Origin: Syntrophomonas sp.
Lineage (GTDB): Bacteria; Bacillota; Syntrophomonadia; Syntrophomonadales; Syntrophomonadaceae
DNA length: 64,000 bases
Direction of reading: 5' to 3'
Assembly (NCBI GenBank): GCA_016841245.1
Contig: JAENZN010000023.1
Coordinates: 1,016 to 65,015 of the forward strand
Positions within the stretch are counted from its first letter, which is position 1. Every line of letters starts with the position of its first letter. The notes beneath the pieces were generated by a model. That model saw only the letters and a list, made by a program, of their open reading frames with translations, was not told the DNA's origin and made no database searches. Positions 17,530 through 27,775 of this stretch are shown here, in pieces. Both the position numbers and the translations under genes were made by a program.

Positions 17530-18558
17530 ATGCGTAGAGTTCCTGTGGAGGATGCGGTGGGTTTAACCCTGGGTCATGATATCACTAAAATTGTACCTGA
17601 ACGGGAAAAATATTGTGCTTATCGCCGAGGACATGTTATAACCGCTAAGGATATTCCCCAATTTTTGAATATGGGTAAAAAGCACATAATGATCTGGGAA
17701 CCTGATGACAACCTGATACATGAAGACGAAGGAGCCCTGCGTCTTGCAAATGCTGCGGCTGGAAAGGGTGTATATTTTACCCAGCCAAGTCAGGGTAGGG
17801 TTAATCTAAGGGCTCAATATGATGGAGTCTTGCAGGTACAGACTGATCAGCTTAGCTGGGTTAATAACGTTGATAATGTAATCTTTGCCACCCTGCACAA
17901 TAACCGTTCAGTAAGCAAAGACCAGAACATAGCCGGCACTCGAGTAGTTCCCGTGGCAATTGATCATAATGTGCTGCAGGAAGCGGAAAGATTATGCTGT
18001 GAACCCCGCTCTCTTATTACCGTCAAGCCTTATCAACCTTTGTGGGTTGCCGTTATAACTACCGGTTCTGAAGTAAATAACGGTTTAATTAGAGATGGTT
18101 TTGGCAAAGTAATAAGGCGGAAAATAATCCCCTTCGGAGGTCGATGGATGAGTCAGGTAACCGTACCGGACGATGCAGACTTAATATCCATGGAAATCCA
18201 GAACTTTGTCGCCGAAGGAGCCCAGCTGATACTGGTTACCGGAGGTATGTCAGTTGATACAGATGACGCTACTCCGTCAGGAATCAGGCACTCTGGAGCT
18301 GAAGTGGTATTTTACGGGGCACCGGTATTACCTGGATCACAGTTTATGCTGGCCTACCAGGGAACTGTACCTATCTGTGGAGTACCGGGAGGAGCTTTGT
18401 TCAGCCGCAGAACTACGCTGGATCTTCTCTTGCCGCGTTTTTTTTGTGGCGAGATAGTTTCTCGTGCAGATATCGCAGCACTTGGGCATGGCGGACTCTG
18501 CGAAGAATGTAAGGTCTGTCATTATCCGCTCTGTCCTTTCGGCAAATCTAGTATATAA
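17530..18558 (+). CDS. MoeA-related molybdopterin-binding (MoCF_biosynth domain) protein with C-terminal Cys cluster
   Basis: It contains VAVITTGSEV ... LILVTGGMSVDTDDATP, which is typical of the MoaB/MogA/MoeA cofactor-binding fold. The C-terminus reads CEECKVCHYPLCPFG. GAGGTG lies upstream. Confidence 0.65.
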   Translation: MRRVPVEDAVGLTLGHDITKIVPEREKYCAYRRGHVITAKDIPQFLNMGKKHIMIWEPDDNLIHEDEGALRLANAAAGKGVYFTQPSQGRVNLRAQYDGVLQVQTDQLSWVNNVDNVIFATLHNNRSVSKDQNIAGTRVVPVAIDHNVLQEAERLCCEPRSLITVKPYQPLWVAVITTGSEVNNGLIRDGFGKVIRRKIIPFGGRWMSQVTVPDDADLISMEIQNFVAEGAQLILVTGGMSVDTDDATPSGIRHSGAEVVFYGAPVLPGSQFMLAYQGTVPICGVPGGALFSRRTTLDLLLPRFFCGEIVSRADIAALGHGGLCEECKVCHYPLCPFGKSSI

Positions 18559-18572
18559 AGGCAGGGTGTATT

Positions 18573-19787
18573 ATGAAAAATGACCTGAGCATTGAAGAAG
18601 CTCAACAGCTAATACTGGAGACTATAGGTCATCTTCCATCGGAAAGAGTGTCCATAATGCAGGCCGCCGGACGCGTTCTGGCTGAGGAGCTGCTGGCTGA
18701 TAATAATCTGCCATCTGCACCTCAATCTGCCGTTGATGGATTTGCTCTGGGTGATGACAGAGCTCCAATTAACAGCTGTTTTTCTTTAAAAAATCATATG
18801 CTGCCGGGTGATTTCACTCAGAGTATACTCAGCAGTAAGGAAGCTGTAAAAGTCGTTACCGGTGGTGATTTGCCATCTGGAACCCTTTCAGTAATTATGC
18901 ATGAAAATACACTGGTCAAAGGTGATACTATAAGCATACTGGAAGAAATTAAACCAGGTAACAATATCAAGCAGGCTGGAGAAGATTATAAGCAGGGCGA
19001 GACACTGGCAAACCCCAAAACGCTGCTTACTTCAGGTCATATCGGACTACTGGCAGCTTTTGGGCATAATGAAGTTTCAGTGTATCAGCGCCCTCGAGTT
19101 GCACTTCTCAGCCTGGGGAAAAACATAATTCCCTGTTCTCAAACACCAAAGCGAGGCCAGACTAGAGACAGTAATAACCCTCTATTGGCAGCCCTCATTA
19201 ACCAGGCGGGAGGTTCGGTAGCAGGATATAAACTGGCTTCGGAACTTGAAGATCAAGATTTATTGTACGGTTTAGATAATTTAATATCTATGGCAGACTT
19301 GATAATAATAACCGGAGGGACATATGCCGAAACACAGAGCGAGGCTCAAACCCTGTTGGAATCTGCAGGTGCCAGTATAATTTACTGGGGTACAGATATT
19401 CAACCAGGAAGTCATAATGGCCTGGCACTGTATCAATCCAAACCGGTATTTGCTCTGTCCGGAAATCCAGCTGCTTGTGCAGTCGGTTTTAACCTTTTTG
19501 TTGTACCTGCCCTGCGTTGTATGCAGGGTTTATCCCCCCCCCTTAAAAAGGTACAGGCCAGGTGTACCAACGGCTTTAGTAAAACAGCCAGTTCACACCG
19601 TTTGGTAAGAGGTAGAGTCAGCTATAGCAGCCAGGGTTGGGAGGTTACCATACTGCCCGGGCAAAAGCCCAGTATGCTCAAATCGTTGATCAACTGTAAT
19701 GCTCTTATCGACATGCCAGCCGGACATCCGCCGCTGGAGTCGGGTTCAGAGGTTACGGTCATTCTTTTGGAAACAATATGTGAATGA
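18573..19787 (+). CDS. moeA: Molybdopterin molybdenum/tungsten-transferase MoeA
   Basis: Its length (404 aa) and motifs fit MoeA: PSAPQSAVDGFAL, VKVVTGGDLP, IIITGGT, IQPGSHNG, SGNPAA. Confidence 0.85.
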   Translation: MKNDLSIEEAQQLILETIGHLPSERVSIMQAAGRVLAEELLADNNLPSAPQSAVDGFALGDDRAPINSCFSLKNHMLPGDFTQSILSSKEAVKVVTGGDLPSGTLSVIMHENTLVKGDTISILEEIKPGNNIKQAGEDYKQGETLANPKTLLTSGHIGLLAAFGHNEVSVYQRPRVALLSLGKNIIPCSQTPKRGQTRDSNNPLLAALINQAGGSVAGYKLASELEDQDLLYGLDNLISMADLIIITGGTYAETQSEAQTLLESAGASIIYWGTDIQPGSHNGLALYQSKPVFALSGNPAACAVGFNLFVVPALRCMQGLSPPLKKVQARCTNGFSKTASSHRLVRGRVSYSSQGWEVTILPGQKPSMLKSLINCNALIDMPAGHPPLESGSEVTVILLETICE

Positions 19788-19812
19788 TTGAATATTCGGA
19801 GGTGAAACAATA

Positions 19813-20259
19813 ATGGCAGACTATAAAGAAATAGTCAGCAAATATAAAGATGTTCCAGGCGGAATCATAGAATCTTATCATGCTCTGCAGCGGGAATTTA
19901 ACTATATACCTGAGGATGCTATTGATGCAGCAGCACAGATATTCGATATTCCCAAAGCCAAAGCTTATGGGGTAGCTACTTTTTATTCTTACTTCCAGGT
20001 AGGTAAACGTGGCAAATACATAATTCGTATTTGCGAAAGTGCTCCCTGCCACATAGCAGGTGCAGCCCAGGTAGTTGCCGCTCTGGAAAAAGAACTGGGT
20101 ATTAAGATGGGAGAAACTACAGCAGACGGCTTATTTACCCTGGAATTTACTGAGTGCGTAGGCCAGTGTCAGGCAACTCCCGTTATCACTATCAACAGTA
20201 AACCCTATGGAGATCTAACTCCTGAAAAAGTAAATACAATCCTGGCTGAGTATAAGTAA
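19813..20259 (+). CDS. NuoE/HydC-like thioredoxin-fold [2Fe-2S] subunit of NAD-linked FDH
   Basis: The Cys pattern is CESAPCH ... CVGQCQATPV. GGAGGTGA lies upstream. Confidence 0.88.
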   Translation: MADYKEIVSKYKDVPGGIIESYHALQREFNYIPEDAIDAAAQIFDIPKAKAYGVATFYSYFQVGKRGKYIIRICESAPCHIAGAAQVVAALEKELGIKMGETTADGLFTLEFTECVGQCQATPVITINSKPYGDLTPEKVNTILAEYK

Positions 20260-20281
20260 AGCAAGAAAGGAGGGTAAAATA

Positions 20282-21505
20282 ATGGCCGAGGAAATGCGCA
20301 TTCTAATGCGTAATTACGGAAAAATAGATCCTTTAAATATTGATGATTATATTAATGCTAACGGCTATAAAGGACTGGAAAAAGCACGGGCTATGAGCCA
20401 GACGGATTTAATTGAAGAAATCAAAAAGTCCGGGCTGCGCGGTCGTGGCGGTGCCGGATTTAATGCCGGCATGAAGTGGGGCTTCTCATACAATACTCCC
20501 GCTGGTCAAAAGTATGTAGTTTGTAATGCTGATGAGGGAGAACCCGGTACCTACAAAGATAGGCTTATTATGGAAAATGATCCTCAGAGTGTTCTGGAAG
20601 GCATGGCTGTTTGTGGTTATGCTATTGGTTCCAATAAAGGCTATATTTACTGCCGGGGTGAATACCCTTATGTAGTTGAAAAACTGAATACGGCTATAGA
20701 GCAGGCTAAAGCCAAAGGTGTCCTGGGAGATTTCGATATCGAAGTCCGGATGGGGGCCGGTGCCTATGTCTGCGGTGAGGAAAGCGCCCTTATCGAATCC
20801 ATCGAAGGACATCGGGGAGAACCCAGGTTCAAGCCGCCTTTCCCACCGGTGACCGGTTTATGGGGTAAACCAACTATTGTTAACAATGTCGAAACCTTTG
20901 CCAATATACCCGTAATACTAGAAAAGGGTGCTGATTGGTTTGCAGGCATTGGAGCCAAGAGTTATCCGGGAACCAAATTGATGACTTTAACCGGAGATGT
21001 AGCTAACCGTACTTTTATCGAAGTACCTACAGATACTACCATTCGTCAGGTAATATTTGATTTTGGTGGTGGCGTACCAGGCGGCAAAAAGTTTAAAGCA
21101 GTACAGATAGGTGGAACATCGGGTGGTTTTATTCCCGAAAGCCTGCTGGATACTGCTATTGACTTCGATTCCATGGGGGCTATTGGAGCAACCCTGGGAT
21201 CTGGCGCGGTATTTGTCATGGATGAAAGCAGAGATGTAGTAGACGTTATTAAACAGATCACTAATTTCTTTGAACATGAATCCTGTGGTAAGTGTTCACC
21301 CTGTCGTGAAGGTACCAAGAGGATGCATGAGATGGTAAAGAATATTTACAGTGGACAGGGAACTGCCGCGGACCTGGACCTCCTGGAACGGTTGGGGACC
21401 GTGATGTGCAAAGCATGTCTCTGCGGTCTGGGTCAGGCAGCTCCCAGCCCTGTATTAACAACTTTACAACATTTTAAGAGTGATTACACCAGCAAATTTA
21501 ATTAA
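20282..21505 (+). CDS. NuoF-like FMN/NAD(H)-binding [4Fe-4S] subunit of NAD-linked FDH
   Basis: Motifs are GRGGAGFNAGMKW, NADEGEPGT and ESCGKCSPCREG. At 407 aa it has no N-terminal 2Fe-2S domain and no C-terminal ferredoxin domains. Confidence 0.9.
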   Translation: MAEEMRILMRNYGKIDPLNIDDYINANGYKGLEKARAMSQTDLIEEIKKSGLRGRGGAGFNAGMKWGFSYNTPAGQKYVVCNADEGEPGTYKDRLIMENDPQSVLEGMAVCGYAIGSNKGYIYCRGEYPYVVEKLNTAIEQAKAKGVLGDFDIEVRMGAGAYVCGEESALIESIEGHRGEPRFKPPFPPVTGLWGKPTIVNNVETFANIPVILEKGADWFAGIGAKSYPGTKLMTLTGDVANRTFIEVPTDTTIRQVIFDFGGGVPGGKKFKAVQIGGTSGGFIPESLLDTAIDFDSMGAIGATLGSGAVFVMDESRDVVDVIKQITNFFEHESCGKCSPCREGTKRMHEMVKNIYSGQGTAADLDLLERLGTVMCKACLCGLGQAAPSPVLTTLQHFKSDYTSKFN

Positions 21506-21515
21506 ATCTGTAAAA

Positions 21516-21546
21516 ATCAGCTGGGTACCTTGGTCCCCAGCTGATA
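21516..21546. terminator. Hairpin terminator between convergent FDH clusters
   Basis: The stem is ATCAGCTGGG / CCCAGCTGAT. It is flanked by an A-run and by TAAAAT. Confidence 0.65.
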
Positions 21547-21551
21547 AAATG

Positions 21552-21590
21552 AAAATAAGTTCGGTACCAGATACCGAACTTATTTTCTGT
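21552..21590. terminator. Bidirectional terminator between convergent FDH clusters
   Basis: A perfect 14-bp stem (AAATAAGTTCGGTA / TACCGAACTTATTT) has T-rich 3' flanks on both strands. Confidence 0.8.
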
Positions 21591-21663
21591 TTTCATATAC
21601 AATCCCAATTTTTTTCTTCCGACTCCAGTATAAGTTTATTATTACCAGGTAGTCAAAAGTTAT

Positions 21664-24366
21664 TTATTGTATTTTTTCCAATCTGGCAGCTGATACCTTA
21701 TATTCCGGAATTCCTGCCACAGGATCAAGAACATCAGCATTGGTTAAGACATTAGCTGCAGCTTCGGCAAAATGGAAATAGGTAAATATTACGTTTTCCC
21801 GTATTCCATCTATAACTTCTGCTTTCAGTTCTATGTTTCCCCTGCGAGTAGCTACCCTCACGACTTCTCCATCTATTATATTCATGTCTTTCGCCAGTTC
21901 TGTATTTATCTGCACCACATTTTCCGGCATGTATTCATCCAGCCCCTTGGCTTTCCTGGTCATAGTTCCGGTATGGTAATGATACAAACTGCGTCCGGTA
22001 GTCAGAATAATGGGATACTCTTCATCTGGAAGTTCTGCCGGTTCCAGGTATTCAATGGCATGGAACAGTCCCAGTCCCCGGTTGAACTTCTCTTTATGGA
22101 GGAATGGAGTTCCCGGATGGTCTTCATTGGGACAGGGCCACGGCAGACCTTTTCCTTCCAGGCGTGCGTAGGTCATACCTGCATAAGAGGGCGTAAGGGT
22201 CCTGATTTCTTCAAATATTTCTTCTGGTGAATTATATGACATGGGATAACCTAAACGGGTTGAGAGCTCACATAAGATCTCCCAATCCTGCCTCGAATCA
22301 CCGACATTGCTTACAGCTTTTCGTACTCTCTGTACCCTTCTTTCAGTATTGGAGAAGGTTCCGTCTTTCTCAACAAAGCTCACTCCGGGCAGTACAATAT
22401 CAGCTTTCTGAGCAGTTTCAGTCAAGAATATATCCTGCACTATCAGGAAATCCAGCTTATCAAGAGCTTCTTCCACATGATGCAGATCAGGGTCACTGAC
22501 CATAGGATTTTCGCCGATGACTATCAATCCTTTAACTTCGCCTTCGTAGGCTTTATTGATGGTCTTGGTCAGGGTAAGGCCGTTTACTCCCGAAAGCTTT
22601 ACTCCCCAGGCTTTTTCGAATTTTTCCCGGGCCTCATCATTGGTAACTGCTTGATAAGCAGTAAATACTACCGGCAGTGCACCCATATCGCAGGCTCCCT
22701 GTACGTTATTCTGCCCGCGCAGAGGATTAACCCCGGTTCCCGGTTTACCCAGATTGCCGGTTAATAAAGCCAGGTTACAGCAGCTCTTTACATTATCGGT
22801 ACCAGTAGTATGCTGGGTCAAGCCCATGGCATAACAGACTGATGAAGCTTCCGATTCAGCGTAGAGGCGAGCCGCCTTAATGATATCTGCAGCATCAACA
22901 CCGCATATTTCAGCCGCTGCTTCCGGTGGATAATTCTCCACAACTTTAGCCATGGCCTCATAGCCTTCCGTTCTAGTTTCTATAAACTCCCGGTCAGCCA
23001 GACCTTCGGAAATTATTACATTCATCATGCCATTGAAGAGTGCTACATCGGTACCCGGTTTGAACGGCAGATATACATCAGCCAGTTCAGCCAGTTCAAT
23101 TCTACGCGGGTCGGCTACGATCAATTTAGCTCCGTTTTTCAAAACGTTCTGCCTTATCTTGTAGCCGATAACAGGATGGTTTTCAGTAGTATTGGTTCCT
23201 ATCAGAAATACACATTTAGCATCGTTTTCCAGTTCATTGATGGAATTGGTCATTGCGCCACTTCCGAATGCTGCCCCCAGACCGGCGACAGTAACGGAAT
23301 GTCAGAGACGGGCGCAATGGTCCACATTGTTGGATCCTATTGCGGCTCTCATTAATTTCTGGGCTAAATAATTCTCTTCGTTGGTAATCCTGGCAGAAGA
23401 GAACATGGATATTGAATCAGGTCCATATTGTTCCTTGACTGCCTTGATTTTATCCGCTGCCAGATCCAGGGCTTCATCCCAGGAAGCGGGACGAAATTCA
23501 CCGTTTTCTTTAATTAAGGGCGTGGTCAGTCTTTCCGGGGAGTTTACAAAATCCCAGCCAAAACGTCCCTTTACACATAGAGCACCTTTGTTGACCGGGC
23601 TCCATTCTGCATCTCTATTGGAGGTTACACCGACAATTTTATCGTTTTTAACATTAAGTTCAAATGTACATCCTGTGCCGCAGTAAGTACAGGTGGTCAT
23701 GACTTTGTCATTTTGCGCTGGCTTGCCTTGACCGGCTGCTATCTTGCTGCTAAGTGCCCCTACCGGGCATACCATTATACACTGTCCACAGAATACACAG
23801 GGGGAATCTTCCAGACTGCCATCATAAGCAGTAGCTATGTGGGCATGGTGACCTCGATCCATTACGTTTATCGCTCTGGCACCGGTAATTTCTTCACAGG
23901 CCCGAACACAGCGGGTACACATAACACATTTATCATAATCACGTTCAATAAATGGGTTGGAATCATCCTTGAAAAGGTTATGGACTTTTCCTGCAAAGCG
24001 AGATTCGGTAACTCCATAACGGTAGCAGTAATCCTGAAGATTACATTCTCCGTCTTTTTCGCAGGTATGACAGGTCAGTTTATGCCGGGCCAGCATCAGC
24101 TCCAGGACTACCTTCCTGGCTTCGACCACGTCCGAGCTTTCGGTTTCAATAACCATGCCGTTTTGGGCTGGGGTTACACAGCTGGCTACCAGATTGCGCC
24201 ATCCCTTGGGTTGTACCACACACATCCGGCAGGAGCCGGCCAGTTTCAGATCCGGATCATAACAGAATGTGGGGATATCTGCTCCTGCCTTTCGACAGGC
24301 CTCTAAGAGCATAGTACCTTGAGGCACCTCTATCTCTTTACCATCTATAGTTAATTTGATATCCAT
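21664..24366 (-). CDS. fdhA: Second selenocysteine formate dehydrogenase catalytic subunit (FdhA paralog)
   Basis: Track ORFs 23302-24366 and 21664-23253 share a frame. The only interruption is TGA at 23304-23302 in the context VDHCARL-U-HSVTVAGL. By eye it is about 55-60% identical to the 14835-17525 product over the stretches compared. Confidence 0.9.
23273..23304 (-). other. UGA(Sec) plus SECIS hairpin of second fdhA
   Basis: The hairpin GUCGCC-GGUCU-GGGGGC lies 12 nt after UGA. It has the same GGUCU loop as the first copy. The stem has one mismatch and one G-U pair. Confidence 0.7.
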
Positions 24367-24386
24367 TTCGTTTCCCTCCCTTCTAC

Positions 24387-25607
24387 CTACACTAGTTTTC
24401 TCAAGTATTCATATTCAAAATGTTCCAGGGTCGAAGTTATCGGAATCGGAGCTGCCTGTCCCAAACCGCATAGTGATGCTTTCTGCATAATCCGGGCCAG
24501 TACTTTGAGGTTCTCAATATCCTTGAGGCTTCCTCTCCCAGTATTAATCCGTTCCATTATTTCTTTACAGCGGAAGGTGCCTTCCCGGCAGGGGGTACAC
24601 TGACCGCAGGATTCATGTTCGAAGAACTTGGCGATTCGATTGATGATATCTACTATGTCTCGGCTCTCATCCATTACAAAGACCGCCCCTGAACCCAGGG
24701 CTGCTCCTATAGCACCCATAGAATCAAAATCAATAGGTGTATCAAGGTTTTGAGATGGGATGAAAGCGCCTGAGGTACCGCCTACCTGCACTGCTTTCAG
24801 CTTCTTGCCGCCTTTTACTCCTCCGCCCAGTTCATATATCACATCTCGGAGCAGATAATCTGTGGGCACTTCAAAATAAGTCGGATTTTCGATGTCTCCG
24901 GTAAGGGTAAGTACCTTGGTTCCAGGATAACTCTTGGCTCCTATACCTGCAAACCAATCTGCACCATTAGTCATAATATAGGGCAGACAGGCGAAGGTCT
25001 CTACATTATTGACCACTGTAGGCATACGCCACAAACCTTCTACACCTGGAAACGGGGGCTTAAATCTTGGCTCTCCCCGATGCCCTTCTATGGATTCAAT
25101 AAGAGCAGTTTCTTCGCCGCATACATAGGCACCGGCTCCCATACGTACTTCTATATTGAATTCTCCCAGAGCACCTGATTCTTTTGCATTCCCAATCGCT
25201 TTCTTAAGCATCTCTACTACAAACGGATATTCTCCTCTGCAATATATGTATCCGTTGTTGGAACCAATAGCATGTCCGCAGATGGCCATTCCTTCCAGAA
25301 GGGCCTGGGCGTTTTTCTGACATATGATTCTATCTTTATAGGTTCCCGGTTCCCCTTCGTCAAAGTTGCATACCACATACTTGGTTTCCGGGTACTGGGG
25401 TACAAAACTCCATTTCATACCGGCATTAAATCCTGCGCCGCCGCGTCCTCTAAGTCCGGATTTTTTTACTTCCTCGGTTAAATCCTTGGGATTCATACTG
25501 CGTGCCTTTTCCAGACCTTTATAACCACCGACCTGGATGTAATCGGCTGCGCTTTCAGGATTTATTTTATCGGCATGTTCAAGCAAAACACGATATTCTT
25601 GTGTCAC
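24387..25607 (-). CDS. NuoF-like FMN/NAD(H)-binding subunit (paralog of 20282-21505)
   Basis: Motifs are GRGGAGFNAGMKW and ESCGQCTPCREG. The GTG start follows GGGAGGGG. Confidence 0.9.
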   Translation of the reverse strand: MTQEYRVLLEHADKINPESAADYIQVGGYKGLEKARSMNPKDLTEEVKKSGLRGRGGAGFNAGMKWSFVPQYPETKYVVCNFDEGEPGTYKDRIICQKNAQALLEGMAICGHAIGSNNGYIYCRGEYPFVVEMLKKAIGNAKESGALGEFNIEVRMGAGAYVCGEETALIESIEGHRGEPRFKPPFPGVEGLWRMPTVVNNVETFACLPYIMTNGADWFAGIGAKSYPGTKVLTLTGDIENPTYFEVPTDYLLRDVIYELGGGVKGGKKLKAVQVGGTSGAFIPSQNLDTPIDFDSMGAIGAALGSGAVFVMDESRDIVDIINRIAKFFEHESCGQCTPCREGTFRCKEIMERINTGRGSLKDIENLKVLARIMQKASLCGLGQAAPIPITSTLEHFEYEYLRKLV

Positions 25608-25627
25608 AAAATTCCCCTCCCTTCCTC

Positions 25628-26074
25628 TTATTTGTATCCGGCCAGAATTCCAGGCACCATTTCCGGTTTTACATTAAAGACCGGTTCACTGTTTATAGTT
25701 ACCACCGGGGTAGCCTGACATTGTCCTACACATTCGGTTAACTCCAGGGTGAATTTGTTATCAGGAGTTGTTTCTCCCACCTTAATTCCCAGATAAGCTT
25801 CCATTGCTTTCAATACTTCATCCGCTCCGGCAACATGACAGGGAGCACTTTCACACATACGAATGATATATTTGCCTCTTTTTTTAACTGAGAGGTAAGA
25901 ATAGAAAGTTGCTACCCCAAAAGCCTGGGCTTCAGATAATTTGAAAGCTTTAGCTGCTTCCTTCAGGGCTTCTTCCGGAATATAGTTATACTCCTTTTGG
26001 ATTGCATGGTAAGCTTCAATGATACCGCCTGTTTTGTCCTTACAGCCGGCGATAATATCCATATAATTGGCCAC
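25628..26074 (-). CDS. NuoE-like [2Fe-2S] subunit (paralog of 19813-20259)
   Basis: I chose the GTG at 26074 (M-ANYMDIIAGCKDKTGGIIEAYHAIQKEYNY). It aligns residue for residue with MADYKEIVSKYKDVPGGIIESYHALQREFNY of the paralog and follows AAAGGAGGG. The 41-codon upstream extension in the track is rejected. Confidence 0.85.
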   Translation of the reverse strand: MANYMDIIAGCKDKTGGIIEAYHAIQKEYNYIPEEALKEAAKAFKLSEAQAFGVATFYSYLSVKKRGKYIIRMCESAPCHVAGADEVLKAMEAYLGIKVGETTPDNKFTLELTECVGQCQATPVVTINSEPVFNVKPEMVPGILAGYK

Positions 26075-26175
26075 TTCACGCCCTCCTTTCAGTCTTTTTC
26101 CTTGTCTTAACCAAGCAGCAGCAGGCCATATTAATAGCAAATCCCTTTTGAATTCTGCTGCTATTAAGACTGCAA

Positions 26176-26208
26176 TAAAAATAGAAACCGCGAGCATACG
26201 CCCGCGGC
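26176..26208 (-). terminator. Candidate terminator/attenuator between focA and the FDH genes
   Basis: On the minus strand the stem is CCGCGGGC-GUAU-GCUCGCGG, followed by UUUCUAUUUUUAUU. Confidence 0.55.
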
Positions 26209-26369
26209 TAATAATCTATTCAATGGCAATACTATAAATACATCACAGCAACACCAATATTGTCACAACAAGCATGCCTAAGAAACATGCCCCTCGAATA
26301 GATCATACCGCGGACTCAACTCACTTATAAGTAATTTCATAATTATTATAATTAATAGTGATTGGATTT

Positions 26370-27272
26370 TTAGCCTTTAGCCGCTTTCTCGACTTTAGCT
26401 GCCGGAGCAGGTTGTCTCATATAAGTGTACCAGTAAACGCCTCCCACAAATAAAGCACCACCTACGATGTTTCCGAGAGTAACTGGAATCAGATTTGCAC
26501 TAATGAAGTGCCCATAGCTGAAATATGCAGCAACATCTGCAACTGACATGCTGTATTGTGCAGCTACCAGATCAGGAGCAGCACCAGCAATGGTAATTCC
26601 CATGGGCACAAAGAACATATTGGCAACGCAATGCTCAAATCCACTGGATACGAAAGCCATAATCGGGAAGAAAATACCGAATATTTTTCCTACAGCATCT
26701 TTGGAAGCAAAAGCCAGCCAGACTGCCAGACACACCAGCCAGTTACAGCATATTGCCCGGCAGAATGCCTGACCGAATCCCAATGCCATCTTACCTTTTG
26801 CTATCCCTAAGGCTTTGATTCCCATTGCTGATAGAATCATAGCTCCATTGGCATCCTTGGCAGACCAATAGAGCCCAAAGAAAATGATGTAAACTAACAA
26901 TACTGATCCAACAAAGTTGGCAGCATAAACAACTACCCAGTTATACAAGAGTCCGCCCCAACCGGCCTGACCATTCATGGCTGAAATAAAGCAGGCCATA
27001 TTGTTGCCGGTGAATAGTTCTGCCCCAGCTATAACAACTAACATCAAACCTACGGAGAACACAGCACCAAACAGGAACGTATTACCTGATGTTCCAGCAT
27101 CTGAACAAGAACCTATCTTGGTAGCCAGATTAGCTCCAAAGCCGATATAAACCCCGGCCAGTATCCCTAAGACAAAAAGTTTTCCAAATGCCATTTCAGC
27201 CTTCGCTTTACCAGCATTACATGCGGCTGCAGCGATTTCTGCAGGTGATAAAAAGTTCATTCTTATCTTCAC
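26370..27272 (-). CDS. focA: Formate/nitrite transporter family channel (FocA-like)
   Basis: It shows the FNT pattern: FVLGILAGVYIGFG, AELFTGNN, FFPIMAFVSSGFEHCVANMF. The start is either GTG at 27272 or ATG at 27260 (MNFLSP). Confidence 0.88.
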   Translation of the reverse strand: MKIRMNFLSPAEIAAAACNAGKAKAEMAFGKLFVLGILAGVYIGFGANLATKIGSCSDAGTSGNTFLFGAVFSVGLMLVVIAGAELFTGNNMACFISAMNGQAGWGGLLYNWVVVYAANFVGSVLLVYIIFFGLYWSAKDANGAMILSAMGIKALGIAKGKMALGFGQAFCRAICCNWLVCLAVWLAFASKDAVGKIFGIFFPIMAFVSSGFEHCVANMFFVPMGITIAGAAPDLVAAQYSMSVADVAAYFSYGHFISANLIPVTLGNIVGGALFVGGVYWYTYMRQPAPAAKVEKAAKG

Positions 27273-27775
27273 TCTCCCCTAATAATAATTAGTCAGATTA
27301 TTGCTGAATAACTTATTACTTCTATTTTCCCTCCCTTCCTAATTTTTTCCTCATTCAACCAGCAAAACCTGTCCACTTCACTAAGCTTTATTGTATACCA
27401 TAAGTGAAATAAATCGGGATTTTAGACTTATTTATTAACATTATTCTTCCATTCGTCAATTTTATTTATCCCACGTAATAATTCGTCTAACATATCGGTA
27501 CCAATGGTAAGTAATAATTTGAATCTGGCGGAATATTTTAGCTAACATTAACAATCTATCCCCAAACATGATACGATTTACAAACCCTTAAAATGTTCAA
27601 AAAATTAATATTCCAATAACATTTTTAGCACTCATAACATACAATACACTATTCAAGTATTGCATAACCATGCAATACTCAACACTTTTTACCTATCTAC
27701 CATATATTACATACTATTTTGTGTGAACCAGAAATATACATCGCTGCTGGTTAATATGTTAAGGAGGAAAAAGGA

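Noticed and set aside
26075-26197. A 41-codon N-terminal extension of the second NuoE-like ORF.
   Set aside because: The paralog alignment and the AAAGGAGGG SD place the start at GTG 26074. The extension would span the upstream terminator hairpin.
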